Positions 50,716 to 59,399 of a stretch of DNA of 64,000 bases are shown piece by piece. The DNA is from a virus (Duplodnaviria; Heunggongvirae; Uroviricota; Caudoviricetes), in the IMG/VR virus record IMGVR_UViG_3300032030_000013; one strand, 5' to 3'. The notes under the pieces were generated by a model. It was not told where the DNA came from and made no database searches. It was given only the letters and a program-made list of their open reading frames with translations. A program made the position numbers and the translations under genes. Each line of letters starts with the position of its first letter. Position 1 is the stretch's first letter.

Positions 50716-52740
50716 TTACTTAACTTCCTCGAAGTTATCAGTTTTCTTATTTCTCTTTTTCTTATCTTCATTAATCTGTTGCTCTTCTGGTGCATTAAGC
50801 TCCTTCTTATCATCGGTCATTCCCAAAAGATTCTTGATAGGAGTCTTCATACCAGTTGAGATCATATCAATAGCAGGAGTTACGTTAGCCATAAGATCCT
50901 TAATAAACTTACCACCAGTAGAAGAATCACCATATACCATAACGTGGCCCAAAGATATTTTTGATAAAGCTTCGGCCTGAGCACCAGCGATACCTTCAAG
51001 ATGATCAACAGTCTTCCATTGTACAGCCAAATCTGGGCGACCACCTGCAACCTCTACCATTTTCTCAAATGCCATAGCAGGTGCCAATTCCTTCTGCTGT
51101 AATGCTTCCGCCTCAGCCATCAAACTTGCTCTCTTACCTTCAGCCTCAGCCATTAACTTATTCTTAATACCTTCTGCCTCAGCATTTAACTTAATACGAG
51201 TTGCTTCAGCCTCAGCCTCAGCCTTTCTCAATAATTGAGCTTTAACAGCTTCAGCCTCAAGTTCTGCCTTACGTTTAATTGCCTCAGCCTCAATAACTGC
51301 CTTCTCCTTAGCTTTCTGAGCAGGTACGATTTCAGTAGCATTTAATTGCTCCTCTGCAGCAGCAGCCTGTGCCTTGTTAACTTCCAACTGTCTCTCTTGC
51401 TTGGTTTTAGCAACCGACATCTCTGCATCAACCATAGCAGTTTCCTTCACCTTCTTAGCATCAGCTTCCGCCTTACCTGCCTTAGCAGTAGCCTCAGCAA
51501 CTTCAATCTTTGCAATCTGTTCTGCGACACCAGCTTTCTTATCAGCTTCTGCCTTACGCTTACGTTTCTCAGATTCATATTCTGCAGCCTTAGATTCCTT
51601 TTCCTGTATTGCCTTAATAGTTTCTGCTTCCTTCTCCTGATTAGCCTTAGCAACACGAATCAACTTCTGTGCTTCCTGTTCATTCTTGGTAGCTTCAGCA
51701 TCTGCCTCATACTTAGCGATATTCTTCATCTGTTCTGCCTCAGAACCTGCCTTATTTGATTCTGCTTCAGCCTGTGCCTTAGCTACAGCTGAAATCTGAC
51801 GAGCCTTAGCAGTTGCTTTCTTTGATTCTGCATCAGCCTGTGCCTCAGCAATATTAGCAGCCTTTTCAGCTTCTTGAGTTGCAATACCAGACTCACGTTC
51901 CTTAGCAGCCTCAGCAAGTTTAATTTCCTTATCTCTTTGAATCTCTGCAACTCGAACTTCCTGCTCCTGTTTTGTTTCATTAACAGTTACCTCCTGCTCC
52001 TTAGTAGCTGCAGCAACCTGAATTTCCTCTTCCTTCTTAGTGTTTGCGATCTTAACATTACCTTGCTTCCTCTGTTCAGCAATATCTGCCTCAGCGTTAG
52101 CCTGTGCCTTAGTAGCAGCCTTCTGACCTAAGTTCTTAATGTAATTAGCATCATCAGTAATTTCTGAAATGTTAATGTTAGTAACATCATAACCAACCTT
52201 AGCCAACTCCTGCTCAAGTGATCCACGAACCTTATTCAAGAACTTATCACGTTCTGCGTTAATTTCCTCAATAAGCATTGTTGCCATAATAGCACGTGTC
52301 TCACCAACAAGGATTTCAGATACCTGCTTGTGAATTTCCTCAGATTTAGCACTTAAGAATCTTGTTGCAGCGTTCTGTTGAATTTCCTTATCCCTACTAA
52401 TAGCTGTAGTCAATACAACAGGCAAGTGCATAGGAATAGCCTGAGAATCAATACCGTCAACAGTTACCTTAATCTGAATAGGTGCCATTGACATCTTTTT
52501 GTAATCTTGAATGATAGGCCATACAAATGCACCACCACCCTGAATAATCTTAGATGGAACTACAATAGTCTTCTCCTTACCATCTTCACCTTCAACCTTC
52601 ATCTTTCCAGATTTACCGAACACAACCAAAAGTTCATCTGGTGCAGAACGACGATATCTAGAAAGAATCGCCCAAATGGTAATAATACCGAGCAATACAG
52701 CTCCACCAATCAAAATCAATGTAAATAATTGTTCACTCAT
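50716..52740 (-). CDS. SPFH/band-7 (flotillin/YqiK-like) membrane protein with long Ala/Glu/Lys coiled coil
   Basis: N-terminal TM helix (LFTLILIGGAVLLGIITIWAIL), SPFH core (IQGGGAFVWPIIQDYKKMSMAPIQIKV...), an about 300-aa AEAEA/KAQ-rich coiled coil, and a flotillin-like C-terminus. Confidence 0.8.
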   Translation of the reverse strand: MSEQLFTLILIGGAVLLGIITIWAILSRYRRSAPDELLVVFGKSGKMKVEGEDGKEKTIVVPSKIIQGGGAFVWPIIQDYKKMSMAPIQIKVTVDGIDSQAIPMHLPVVLTTAISRDKEIQQNAATRFLSAKSEEIHKQVSEILVGETRAIMATMLIEEINAERDKFLNKVRGSLEQELAKVGYDVTNINISEITDDANYIKNLGQKAATKAQANAEADIAEQRKQGNVKIANTKKEEEIQVAAATKEQEVTVNETKQEQEVRVAEIQRDKEIKLAEAAKERESGIATQEAEKAANIAEAQADAESKKATAKARQISAVAKAQAEAESNKAGSEAEQMKNIAKYEADAEATKNEQEAQKLIRVAKANQEKEAETIKAIQEKESKAAEYESEKRKRKAEADKKAGVAEQIAKIEVAEATAKAGKAEADAKKVKETAMVDAEMSVAKTKQERQLEVNKAQAAAAEEQLNATEIVPAQKAKEKAVIEAEAIKRKAELEAEAVKAQLLRKAEAEAEATRIKLNAEAEGIKNKLMAEAEGKRASLMAEAEALQQKELAPAMAFEKMVEVAGGRPDLAVQWKTVDHLEGIAGAQAEALSKISLGHVMVYGDSSTGGKFIKDLMANVTPAIDMISTGMKTPIKNLLGMTDDKKELNAPEEQQINEDKKKRNKKTDNFEEVK

Positions 52741-52802
52741 TTTTTAAAAAAATTAAAATTAAACGTTTAAAATTATATATTAATACTCTCTTAATTCAAT
52801 TA

Positions 52803-52994
52803 TTAATATATAGAATATGAATTCGGATATCTTTTATAATTAATTTGTTTTTTCTGTTCCTCTTCCTGTTCTAATTTATTAATTTCATATCTTATATTAT
52901 CACACAAATTATTAACTCCATTTTGAATTTCCAATTTAGTTACAGGAATTTCTAATTCATTCCAAATATAATCAAATAATTCCCTTAGCTTCAT
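52803..52994 (-). CDS. hypothetical small protein
   Basis: 63 aa. Confidence 0.3.
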   Translation of the reverse strand: MKLRELFDYIWNELEIPVTKLEIQNGVNNLCDNIRYEINKLEQEEEQKKQINYKRYPNSYSIY

Positions 52995-53003
52995 ATAATT
53001 TAT

Positions 53004-53150
53004 TTATATTTTTTTATTAATATTTTTTAAATATTTTAATACTTTATAATCATATACCATTTTACAAGTTAATGATCCTACCCATAAAATTAATGGTACA
53101 GTTACAACTGTTCCTAATCCTTTAATACCAAAAATATCTTTTACTTTCAT
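53004..53150 (-). CDS. possible 48-aa small membrane peptide (MKVKDIFGIKGLGTVVTVPLILWVGSLTCKMVYDYKVLKYLKNINKKI)
   Basis: Found by hand translation (below the ORF-track size cut-off). Start overlaps the stop of 53147..53695. Confidence 0.3.
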   Translation of the reverse strand: MKVKDIFGIKGLGTVVTVPLILWVGSLTCKMVYDYKVLKYLKNINKKI

Positions 53151-53695
53151 TTATCTATACAAGAAATTAAAATCTTATCGCCTTCTTTATTTAACTTTAC
53201 TTCAGTTCCAATTTCCAAATCATCTGAAGTGTAAAATGCATCCACATTCGTAGTTCCTGCTACAGTATGAGCTTCAACAGAATATTGTCCATTACCAAGA
53301 TTTAAATAAATATTACCTACACATCCATTAATATTATCTTGAGGTAATGTTGGAGTACAATTAGCTTTCATTGCAGTTTTATAACATAAGAATAAAAGAA
53401 TCATTAAAACTGCTCCGCATAAACCAGCAATAAAATAATCCCAAAAACTAAATGTTACATAACCATTATCTGTAGTTAAATTAATAGGATATAAATAAAC
53501 TCTTCCGCAAAGATAAGCACTAAATCCCATTAAGAAATGCAATACTCCCTTAAATGAAAACGCACTTGATGTATCACAATCTGAATCTCCGTCAAAATCT
53601 ACATCCAAATCAAAATCTCCAGCAAATACTGAAATCAAAAGCTTAACAATAAATATGGCAAAAGTTGCCACAAATAAAATTAAATACCAATTCAT
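53147..53695 (-). CDS. NfeD-like membrane protein (partner of SPFH proteins)
   Basis: 2-3 predicted TM helices, then a C-terminal beta-rich, OB-fold-like segment (VGNIYLNLGNGQYSVEAHTVAG...IGTEVKLNKEGDKILIS). Synteny with the SPFH gene as in bacterial yqiJ-yqiK / stomatin-NfeD operons. Confidence 0.5.
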   Translation of the reverse strand: MNWYLILFVATFAIFIVKLLISVFAGDFDLDVDFDGDSDCDTSSAFSFKGVLHFLMGFSAYLCGRVYLYPINLTTDNGYVTFSFWDYFIAGLCGAVLMILLFLCYKTAMKANCTPTLPQDNINGCVGNIYLNLGNGQYSVEAHTVAGTTNVDAFYTSDDLEIGTEVKLNKEGDKILISCIDK

Positions 53696-53754
53696 TATAA
53701 TTATTTTTATATTAGATTTAATATATAAATAGATTATTAAGGTTAATTATTCAA

Positions 53755-54258
53755 TTATTGCTTAATTAGTTTCAAATCTGAATCCAATAAGCATTTAACT
53801 TGTGAATAAATTTGATATGAACTAAATTTAACATTTTCAACATCTGTTAAATCTTCTTTGGCATAATTAACCCATTTAAGTAATCGTTTATACGTATCCT
53901 TAGTAAAAAGATCATTTTTTAAAGAAGATTTATACTTAAGAAATTTTACATCAGGATTAATAAAATTATATATAGAAGACATTCGAAGTATCATATCATC
54001 TACTTCGTTAATATCCCAATTTAAAGAATTATTAAATACATCATTTTTTATTAATGCATTATAACATACATCCCAAAGTTCTGGAGTGTGTAATATACGA
54101 TCAATACGAAGCAGGTCAACTACAATACGCCCATCTTCAGTTTCACGTCCAGCTTTCTTTAATGTCTTTTCATCAATATCAAACTTAGCACAAATTTCAT
54201 CTTTACGATCTTGTGTTAAGTTCTTAAACCATTGTTTATTTCTAAAATTTTCTGCCAT
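53755..54258 (-). CDS. hypothetical protein
   Basis: 167 aa. Confidence 0.45.
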   Translation of the reverse strand: MAENFRNKQWFKNLTQDRKDEICAKFDIDEKTLKKAGRETEDGRIVVDLLRIDRILHTPELWDVCYNALIKNDVFNNSLNWDINEVDDMILRMSSIYNFINPDVKFLKYKSSLKNDLFTKDTYKRLLKWVNYAKEDLTDVENVKFSSYQIYSQVKCLLDSDLKLIKQ

Positions 54259-54263
54259 CTTAT

Positions 54264-54497
54264 TTATGGGATTAGTTCAATATCATCAAAATGAAGATAA
54301 ATGATTTCAAAATTATCTGGGTCACAAATATATTCATTATATATTGTTGAATGATTTCTACGAAGCCAATCTAAAAAATTATGAGTTAATTTATAATTGT
54401 CATCATAAATATCTCTTCGTAGATGATTTGTCTTAAAATGATATTCTGAATAATCAGAATCATAATATTTACCAGTCTTAATCTCTACTATATTCAT
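54264..54497 (-). CDS. hypothetical small protein
   Basis: 77 aa. Confidence 0.35.
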   Translation of the reverse strand: MNIVEIKTGKYYDSDYSEYHFKTNHLRRDIYDDNYKLTHNFLDWLRRNHSTIYNEYICDPDNFEIIYLHFDDIELIP

Positions 54498-54678
54498 ATC
54501 TTAAATATCATATTCGTTTGCTACAGAATCACAAAACTTATCAATTTGATCATTTGTGAAATAATTCAAAAACTCAGTAAATACAGTTTCATCGCCAAGG
54601 ATTTCTCTCAACTGTTCTAATTTTTCGTATGGCTGTTTCATATTCTATTGTAAGTATGTTATATTTACAAAATTAACA

Positions 54679-55116
54679 TTAATCTTTTACTAAATGTATA
54701 AATGATAAATCACGTTCTCCATAAGGCTTATTACATTCCTCAATGTACTTATTGATAATTTCCATTGTTGCAATAACTGTTGTACCACCTTTTATAAAAA
54801 CACCTTTCCAAGAAGTATGAGTGAAATTGAAATCTTCATTAATAGTAAACTCTTCATCTACCAAATTCCACTTCTTGTTTTTTGCTGCTTTATATGCAAC
54901 CTGTAAAGCTTTACGACGGTTATCTTCCTCGTCAAAAAATGAAACACAACCGGAGCTCTTACGACGAATTGATTTAACCTTATCAAGACCTAATTCTTTA
55001 GTAAGCCATTCTCCGCGACTCATTCCCTTTGGACATCCTTTAGCTTTACCGAAAGTAGCCTCAGTAACTTCATTGATTAACTCCTGATTTGATAAATCTT
55101 CCTTTGTATATTCCAT
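54679..55116 (-). CDS. hypothetical protein
   Basis: 145 aa. Confidence 0.45.
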   Translation of the reverse strand: MEYTKEDLSNQELINEVTEATFGKAKGCPKGMSRGEWLTKELGLDKVKSIRRKSSGCVSFFDEEDNRRKALQVAYKAAKNKKWNLVDEEFTINEDFNFTHTSWKGVFIKGGTTVIATMEIINKYIEECNKPYGERDLSFIHLVKD

Positions 55117-55162
55117 ATTTTATTTGTTTGATATTATAATATAGAATAAAATAAATAATATT

Positions 55163-55196
55163 CAAAAAAGAGTACTAAAATATTTTAGTACTCCTT
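55163..55196 (-). terminator. rho-independent terminator (GAGTACTAAAATA/TATTTTAGTACTC plus T6 on minus strand)
   Basis: 3' of 55215..55472. Confidence 0.5.
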
Positions 55197-55214
55197 TATA
55201 TATATTTGATTATA

Positions 55215-55472
55215 TTATCCCATTACAATATCAAACTCAGAATCAGTATTGTTATACTTCTTACCAGTTACATGGTACTTATCTGTGTAAGGCATTGCAG
55301 GTGCGACATACTTGAGAGTTCCCTGCTCACCAATACGGTTTCGTGGAGTTACCTGTACCAGCATGCGACCGTCAGAACACATTGTAATGAACTTAACAGG
55401 ATTACCCAACTTGGTTGTTGCATTACCACCATTCTTGAACTTCTCGAAATTGAAATTGTTTGTCTGCTTCAT
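55215..55472 (-). CDS. hypothetical protein
   Basis: 85 aa. Confidence 0.4.
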   Translation of the reverse strand: MKQTNNFNFEKFKNGGNATTKLGNPVKFITMCSDGRMLVQVTPRNRIGEQGTLKYVAPAMPYTDKYHVTGKKYNNTDSEFDIVMG

Positions 55473-55520
55473 TTTATTTGAATATTTAAATTAATTATTA
55501 TTTGTATATAATATAGTAAA

Positions 55521-55648
55521 AGCTCAGAATAATTCAATATTCTGAGCTAAAATTTTGAATAATATTTATAATTCAATATTCTGAGCTAAAATTTTGAATA
55601 ATATTTATAATTCAATATTCTGAGCTAAAAATTTAAATATTATTTAAA
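55521..55648. repeat. three tandem direct repeats of a 39-bp unit (ATTCAATATTCTGAGCTAAAATTTTGAATAATATTTATA; copies at 55532-55570, 55571-55609, 55610-about 55648), the first forming a hairpin with upstream AGCTCAGAAT (55521-55530)
   Basis: Read directly. Copies 1 and 2 identical, copy 3 diverged. Intergenic between two minus-strand genes. Confidence 0.75.
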
Positions 55649-55650
55649 AT

Positions 55651-56016
55651 TTAACTTTCTTTTTGTTTATTTGAATTCAATATTAATGCTACACACATTG
55701 ATATTTCTGAAGGATGTATGTCATTTACATCAGGTATAAATTGCTTCCAACCAAAATGATCAACAATTTCTTCAAAATCCTTTTGATTTAATTCTTGTAC
55801 ATAATCAAATAAGAACTGTCCTGCACCTTTCCAAAGATCTGCGTCTTTACCAGACCATGCATCTTTTTCTTTATCATATTTACAATCATTATGTTTAGAT
55901 AATTCATCTAAAATTGATTGTATCATATTTACTGCAGGATTTCTATGCAAAGGTTTTCTATCACCTAATCCTGGCGCAGCTCCGCGTTCAACTATATAGT
56001 TATTTAAATCTTTCAT
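55651..56016 (-). CDS. hypothetical protein, tag family (MKDLNNYIVE)
   Basis: 121 aa. Confidence 0.5.
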   Translation of the reverse strand: MKDLNNYIVERGAAPGLGDRKPLHRNPAVNMIQSILDELSKHNDCKYDKEKDAWSGKDADLWKGAGQFLFDYVQELNQKDFEEIVDHFGWKQFIPDVNDIHPSEISMCVALILNSNKQKES

Positions 56017-56048
56017 TATTACTTATATATGTTTTTTAAAATAAATAT

Positions 56049-56573
56049 TTAGTATCTATCTGTTATAATGATAGTATCTTTATTGTCTTTAAATATTTTC
56101 TTAACTTTATTGATTCCTAATTCCATATCATCAATTACTTTCTCAGGTATGCAATCATTTCTACGTTTCTTGCAAACATCTTTAGGAGTATCTATAATGA
56201 CTATCTTAACATTAGCACCAGCTTTATTTAACTTACTATAATAGTTTTCAACACGTCCTGCTTTAACATTTGTATTATCAATAACAAAATCTTTGCGTTG
56301 TCTTATAAGTTCATTAATACGTTCATCATTAATTCTAGTCACTTCCTTTTCTTGTTCTTTATCACCTATAGCTTTATGATCATCATCTTTCATAATTCCA
56401 AGTTCAACTCTTATTGAATCTTGATTAATAATTTCAATATTTTTTGGAAGTTCTTCTTTAATATATGTAGACTTACCTGAACCTGGAAGACCAACCATTA
56501 TCCAAACATTAAAAGGATTTTGTTTTTCAAATATATTTAATGATTCTTTTATGTATGTTAAAATTGATTTCAT
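56049..56573 (-). CDS. polynucleotide 5'-kinase (T4 Pnk kinase-domain-like P-loop kinase), tag family N-terminus (MKSILTYIKE)
   Basis: MVGLPGSGKSTYIKEEL, then INQDSIR, then VIDNTNVK, arranged like the T4 PNK kinase domain (GCPGSGKST...NRDDYR...ISDTNLN; recall-based). 174 aa. Confidence 0.55.
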   Translation of the reverse strand: MKSILTYIKESLNIFEKQNPFNVWIMVGLPGSGKSTYIKEELPKNIEIINQDSIRVELGIMKDDDHKAIGDKEQEKEVTRINDERINELIRQRKDFVIDNTNVKAGRVENYYSKLNKAGANVKIVIIDTPKDVCKKRRNDCIPEKVIDDMELGINKVKKIFKDNKDTIIITDRY

Positions 56574-56992
56574 TTCTTATTGATAATATCTTTGTATTTT
56601 TCAAATAATTCTTTATATGATAATTTAATATTTCTATCATATTTAAGTGTTATAGTATATCCATTTATAATATTTTGAATTGCCTTTTTATCATTACTTA
56701 TTATTCTCCAAACATTACCTTTTTTAATTTTGCCTTCATCATAATCAATATTCTTATATTCAAAAACATCATTAAGAATATCTATAATGTCGTTATATTG
56801 AATTCTAACTAATGTCTTTTTAAATGTTGGGCCTTCTATATAAGAAGAATTTTTCATTATAGATATAACTGCAGCTTTATAAATATTACATATATCTTCA
56901 GGATTATCATAATCAATATCCTTATAAGATTCAACTTTAGTATTCTTATTGATTATAAGTTTCTCTGATATAATGTCTTTTAGGTTCTTCAT
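56570..56992 (-). CDS. hypothetical protein, extended tag MKNLKDIISEKLIINKNTK
   Basis: 140 aa. Overlaps the upstream gene by about 47 nt. Confidence 0.5.
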   Translation of the reverse strand: MKNLKDIISEKLIINKNTKVESYKDIDYDNPEDICNIYKAAVISIMKNSSYIEGPTFKKTLVRIQYNDIIDILNDVFEYKNIDYDEGKIKKGNVWRIISNDKKAIQNIINGYTITLKYDRNIKLSYKELFEKYKDIINKK

Positions 56993-57281
56993 CCTTTAAA
57001 TCATTTGTATTTATAAATTTCTGAACTTGTTCTAAACTAAAATTATGACGTCCAATAACCATTTCTATATATGCTGCAAATTCTGCTGTACATCTATTAT
57101 CATCTAAACATTGATCTAAATAATCATTTATGTCAGCCGCTTTTAATGAATCTACTTTATCTTTAATGAACTTATAAAAGATGCCATTCTTATTCCACAT
57201 ATCTTTCATAATCTTTCCAATTTCTTGTTCGGAAAAATATGTATTTTGAGATTCATAAATATATTCATTAATTGATTTCAT
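56946..57281 (-). CDS. hypothetical protein, tag family (MKSINEYIYE)
   Basis: 111 aa. Confidence 0.45.
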   Translation of the reverse strand: MKSINEYIYESQNTYFSEQEIGKIMKDMWNKNGIFYKFIKDKVDSLKAADINDYLDQCLDDNRCTAEFAAYIEMVIGRHNFSLEQVQKFINTNDLKDEEPKRHYIRETYNQ

Positions 57282-57284
57282 AAT

Positions 57285-58751
57285 TTATTTACCTGCTAAT
57301 ATAATTATGTGTTTGCCGCTTTCAAGCATTTCAATTACTTGTTTATATGTATAATAATTTTTCTGACTCGAATAAAGATATCTATAATTTGGTTGATAAT
57401 CATTTATTGAATAACTTTGTTTTGTATTTGTTACCCATTTGTCATCTTCAATATTACAAACAAGTATTCTACTATATTTCATTAAATTAAAACGACGTAA
57501 TTGAAGTACAAAACTTTCAAATTTTTTCCATGATTCAGTATCTTCAGCAACTTTTTTAATGACTTCTATTTTCTTACCAGTATTTGTTGAATATACTACT
57601 GTATTAATTTTTGTATCTTTATTAATTTTTAATTTTTCATCAATAAAATATTCACCAAATGATTTAATGTTTCTTCTCATATATTGAGAAAGTTTAGATT
57701 CATTTATTTTTTGAAGTCTTTCGATTACTTTATTGACATTTAATTGGAATTCTTTAGATATAAAATAGTTACGTTTCTTTTGTTTGAAAAATACTTGTAA
57801 ATATTTTTCATATAAGAACTTCATATTGTCACCATACTCTTTGATGATATCTTGTATTTCTTTAGATGCTTTATTAATCTGTAATGTAAAGAAATCTTTA
57901 AACTTAGGTTGTAATGTATCTATTATATCTTCATATTTAGATTTGAATTCTTCATTATTAATCATATTAATAAAATTAGCATCTAAATTCTTAATCCAAT
58001 TATCATTCTCATGTTTGCCAATTTTATTAATAGTTTCATATATCAATTCATATAAGTTAATGTATTCTTCTATTTCTTTCTTATAATCTTCATTTCCTTG
58101 TTTGATTTCTTTATCATGACGAGTCTTAAATGCAGGATTAATTATCTTATACTGCGATATTGCATTATCTATATTCCATGTCAATACAATACCTTCAACT
58201 TCATCTCCGACTAAAAATTTCTGATAGTCACCTTTACCAAATATATTAGTAAGATATTCTTTATATACATCATTAGAAGTTTCTGATTCTAATGTCATCA
58301 TTGACATTAATGATTCAATCTGTTCTTTATTTAATTTACCTTCAAATAATATAGGAACACAATCTATGCCTAATGATTTTGATATTTCTTCTAACTTATT
58401 TCTATCATCTATTATATTATTATCATTATCTATAACAGTCAAAAGAATATAAGAATCGTTGAACATTTCAATAGCATAAAATTTATACTTCTTAACAGCT
58501 TCCTTTTTAGATTCAAAATAATCAATAGCATCATTAATGTTCTTTCTCATTAATTGAGTATATTCATCAATAATAGGACCTAATGATTTTGAAGAACCAC
58601 CACGCTTATGATATGTTATATTATCATTTTCTTTATCATAAGATATCTGAAATGCAGCGCCATCAACTTTTAAAGATATACTTACTTCTTTTGTAAATAA
58701 ATCTTTAACTACTTCAGGCTTCTTTAAATATCTATCTATTAAATGTTCCAT
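57285..58751 (-). CDS. ATP-dependent RNA ligase-like nucleotidyltransferase (KxDG motif)
   Basis: The N-terminal SISLKVDGAAFQ contains the ligase motif I K-x-D-G without the Arg typical of DNA ligases, as in T4 Rnl2 KIDG. 488 aa. Confidence 0.5.
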   Translation of the reverse strand: MEHLIDRYLKKPEVVKDLFTKEVSISLKVDGAAFQISYDKENDNITYHKRGGSSKSLGPIIDEYTQLMRKNINDAIDYFESKKEAVKKYKFYAIEMFNDSYILLTVIDNDNNIIDDRNKLEEISKSLGIDCVPILFEGKLNKEQIESLMSMMTLESETSNDVYKEYLTNIFGKGDYQKFLVGDEVEGIVLTWNIDNAISQYKIINPAFKTRHDKEIKQGNEDYKKEIEEYINLYELIYETINKIGKHENDNWIKNLDANFINMINNEEFKSKYEDIIDTLQPKFKDFFTLQINKASKEIQDIIKEYGDNMKFLYEKYLQVFFKQKKRNYFISKEFQLNVNKVIERLQKINESKLSQYMRRNIKSFGEYFIDEKLKINKDTKINTVVYSTNTGKKIEVIKKVAEDTESWKKFESFVLQLRRFNLMKYSRILVCNIEDDKWVTNTKQSYSINDYQPNYRYLYSSQKNYYTYKQVIEMLESGKHIIILAGK

Positions 58752-58784
58752 TTAATTATCAAATTATCTTTATAATATTTTTTA

Positions 58785-59396
58785 TTATTTCTTGTACCAT
58801 TTAGGTGGATTCTTTTCTAATGGAGAACCTTTAAACATTTTATATATATTTGTATCGCGACTTATATTCCATTTAGAAATGTTTCCACTGAACTTAGAAT
58901 CATTAAACATATATGACATAAATTCAACATTACTTACATCCCAATTAGATATATCTCCATTTTTACCAGTAAATTTAGATTCAGCAAACATTGATGCCAT
59001 ATTTGTAACATTACTTACATCCCATTTACTTAAATCTCCATCAAATTTAGAACTATTAAACATAAATAACATATTTTTAACATTACTTACATCCCATTCA
59101 GATATATCACCGTTAAAATCAGAATTAAGAAATATACCTGACATATCTTTGACATTACTTATATCCCATTTTGATATATCTCCATTAAAATCTGAATCTT
59201 CAAATAAATTTGACATGTCTGTTATCTGTGATGTATCAATATCATTCAAATTTGCTTCATTTCCACGTTCTTTAATTAATTTTTCAATAAGATCTTTTAA
59301 TTCTTTATTATCTATAGGATGATAATGATACTTATCAACTTTAATATTCTTATTTATAATAAGTTTCTCATTTATAAAATTATTTATTTGTTTCAT
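58785..59396 (-). CDS. DUF285 / 26-residue-repeat protein with extended tag MKQINNFINEKLIINKNIK
   Basis: Five tandem repeats of the type F(N/D)GDIS.WDVSNV..M..MF. Confidence 0.55.
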   Translation of the reverse strand: MKQINNFINEKLIINKNIKVDKYHYHPIDNKELKDLIEKLIKERGNEANLNDIDTSQITDMSNLFEDSDFNGDISKWDISNVKDMSGIFLNSDFNGDISEWDVSNVKNMLFMFNSSKFDGDLSKWDVSNVTNMASMFAESKFTGKNGDISNWDVSNVEFMSYMFNDSKFSGNISKWNISRDTNIYKMFKGSPLEKNPPKWYKK

Positions 59397-59399
59397 AAT

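Noticed and set aside
51346-52131. Several 65-137-aa antisense or alternative-frame ORFs inside the SPFH gene
   Set aside because: They are produced by the GCx-rich coiled-coil repeat (AEAEA...) of the flotillin-like gene. They have Leu/Ser-rich nonsense composition.
55521-55648. Possible CRISPR array
   Set aside because: Only three contiguous 39-bp copies with no intervening unique spacers and no cas genes. Treated as tandem direct repeats.
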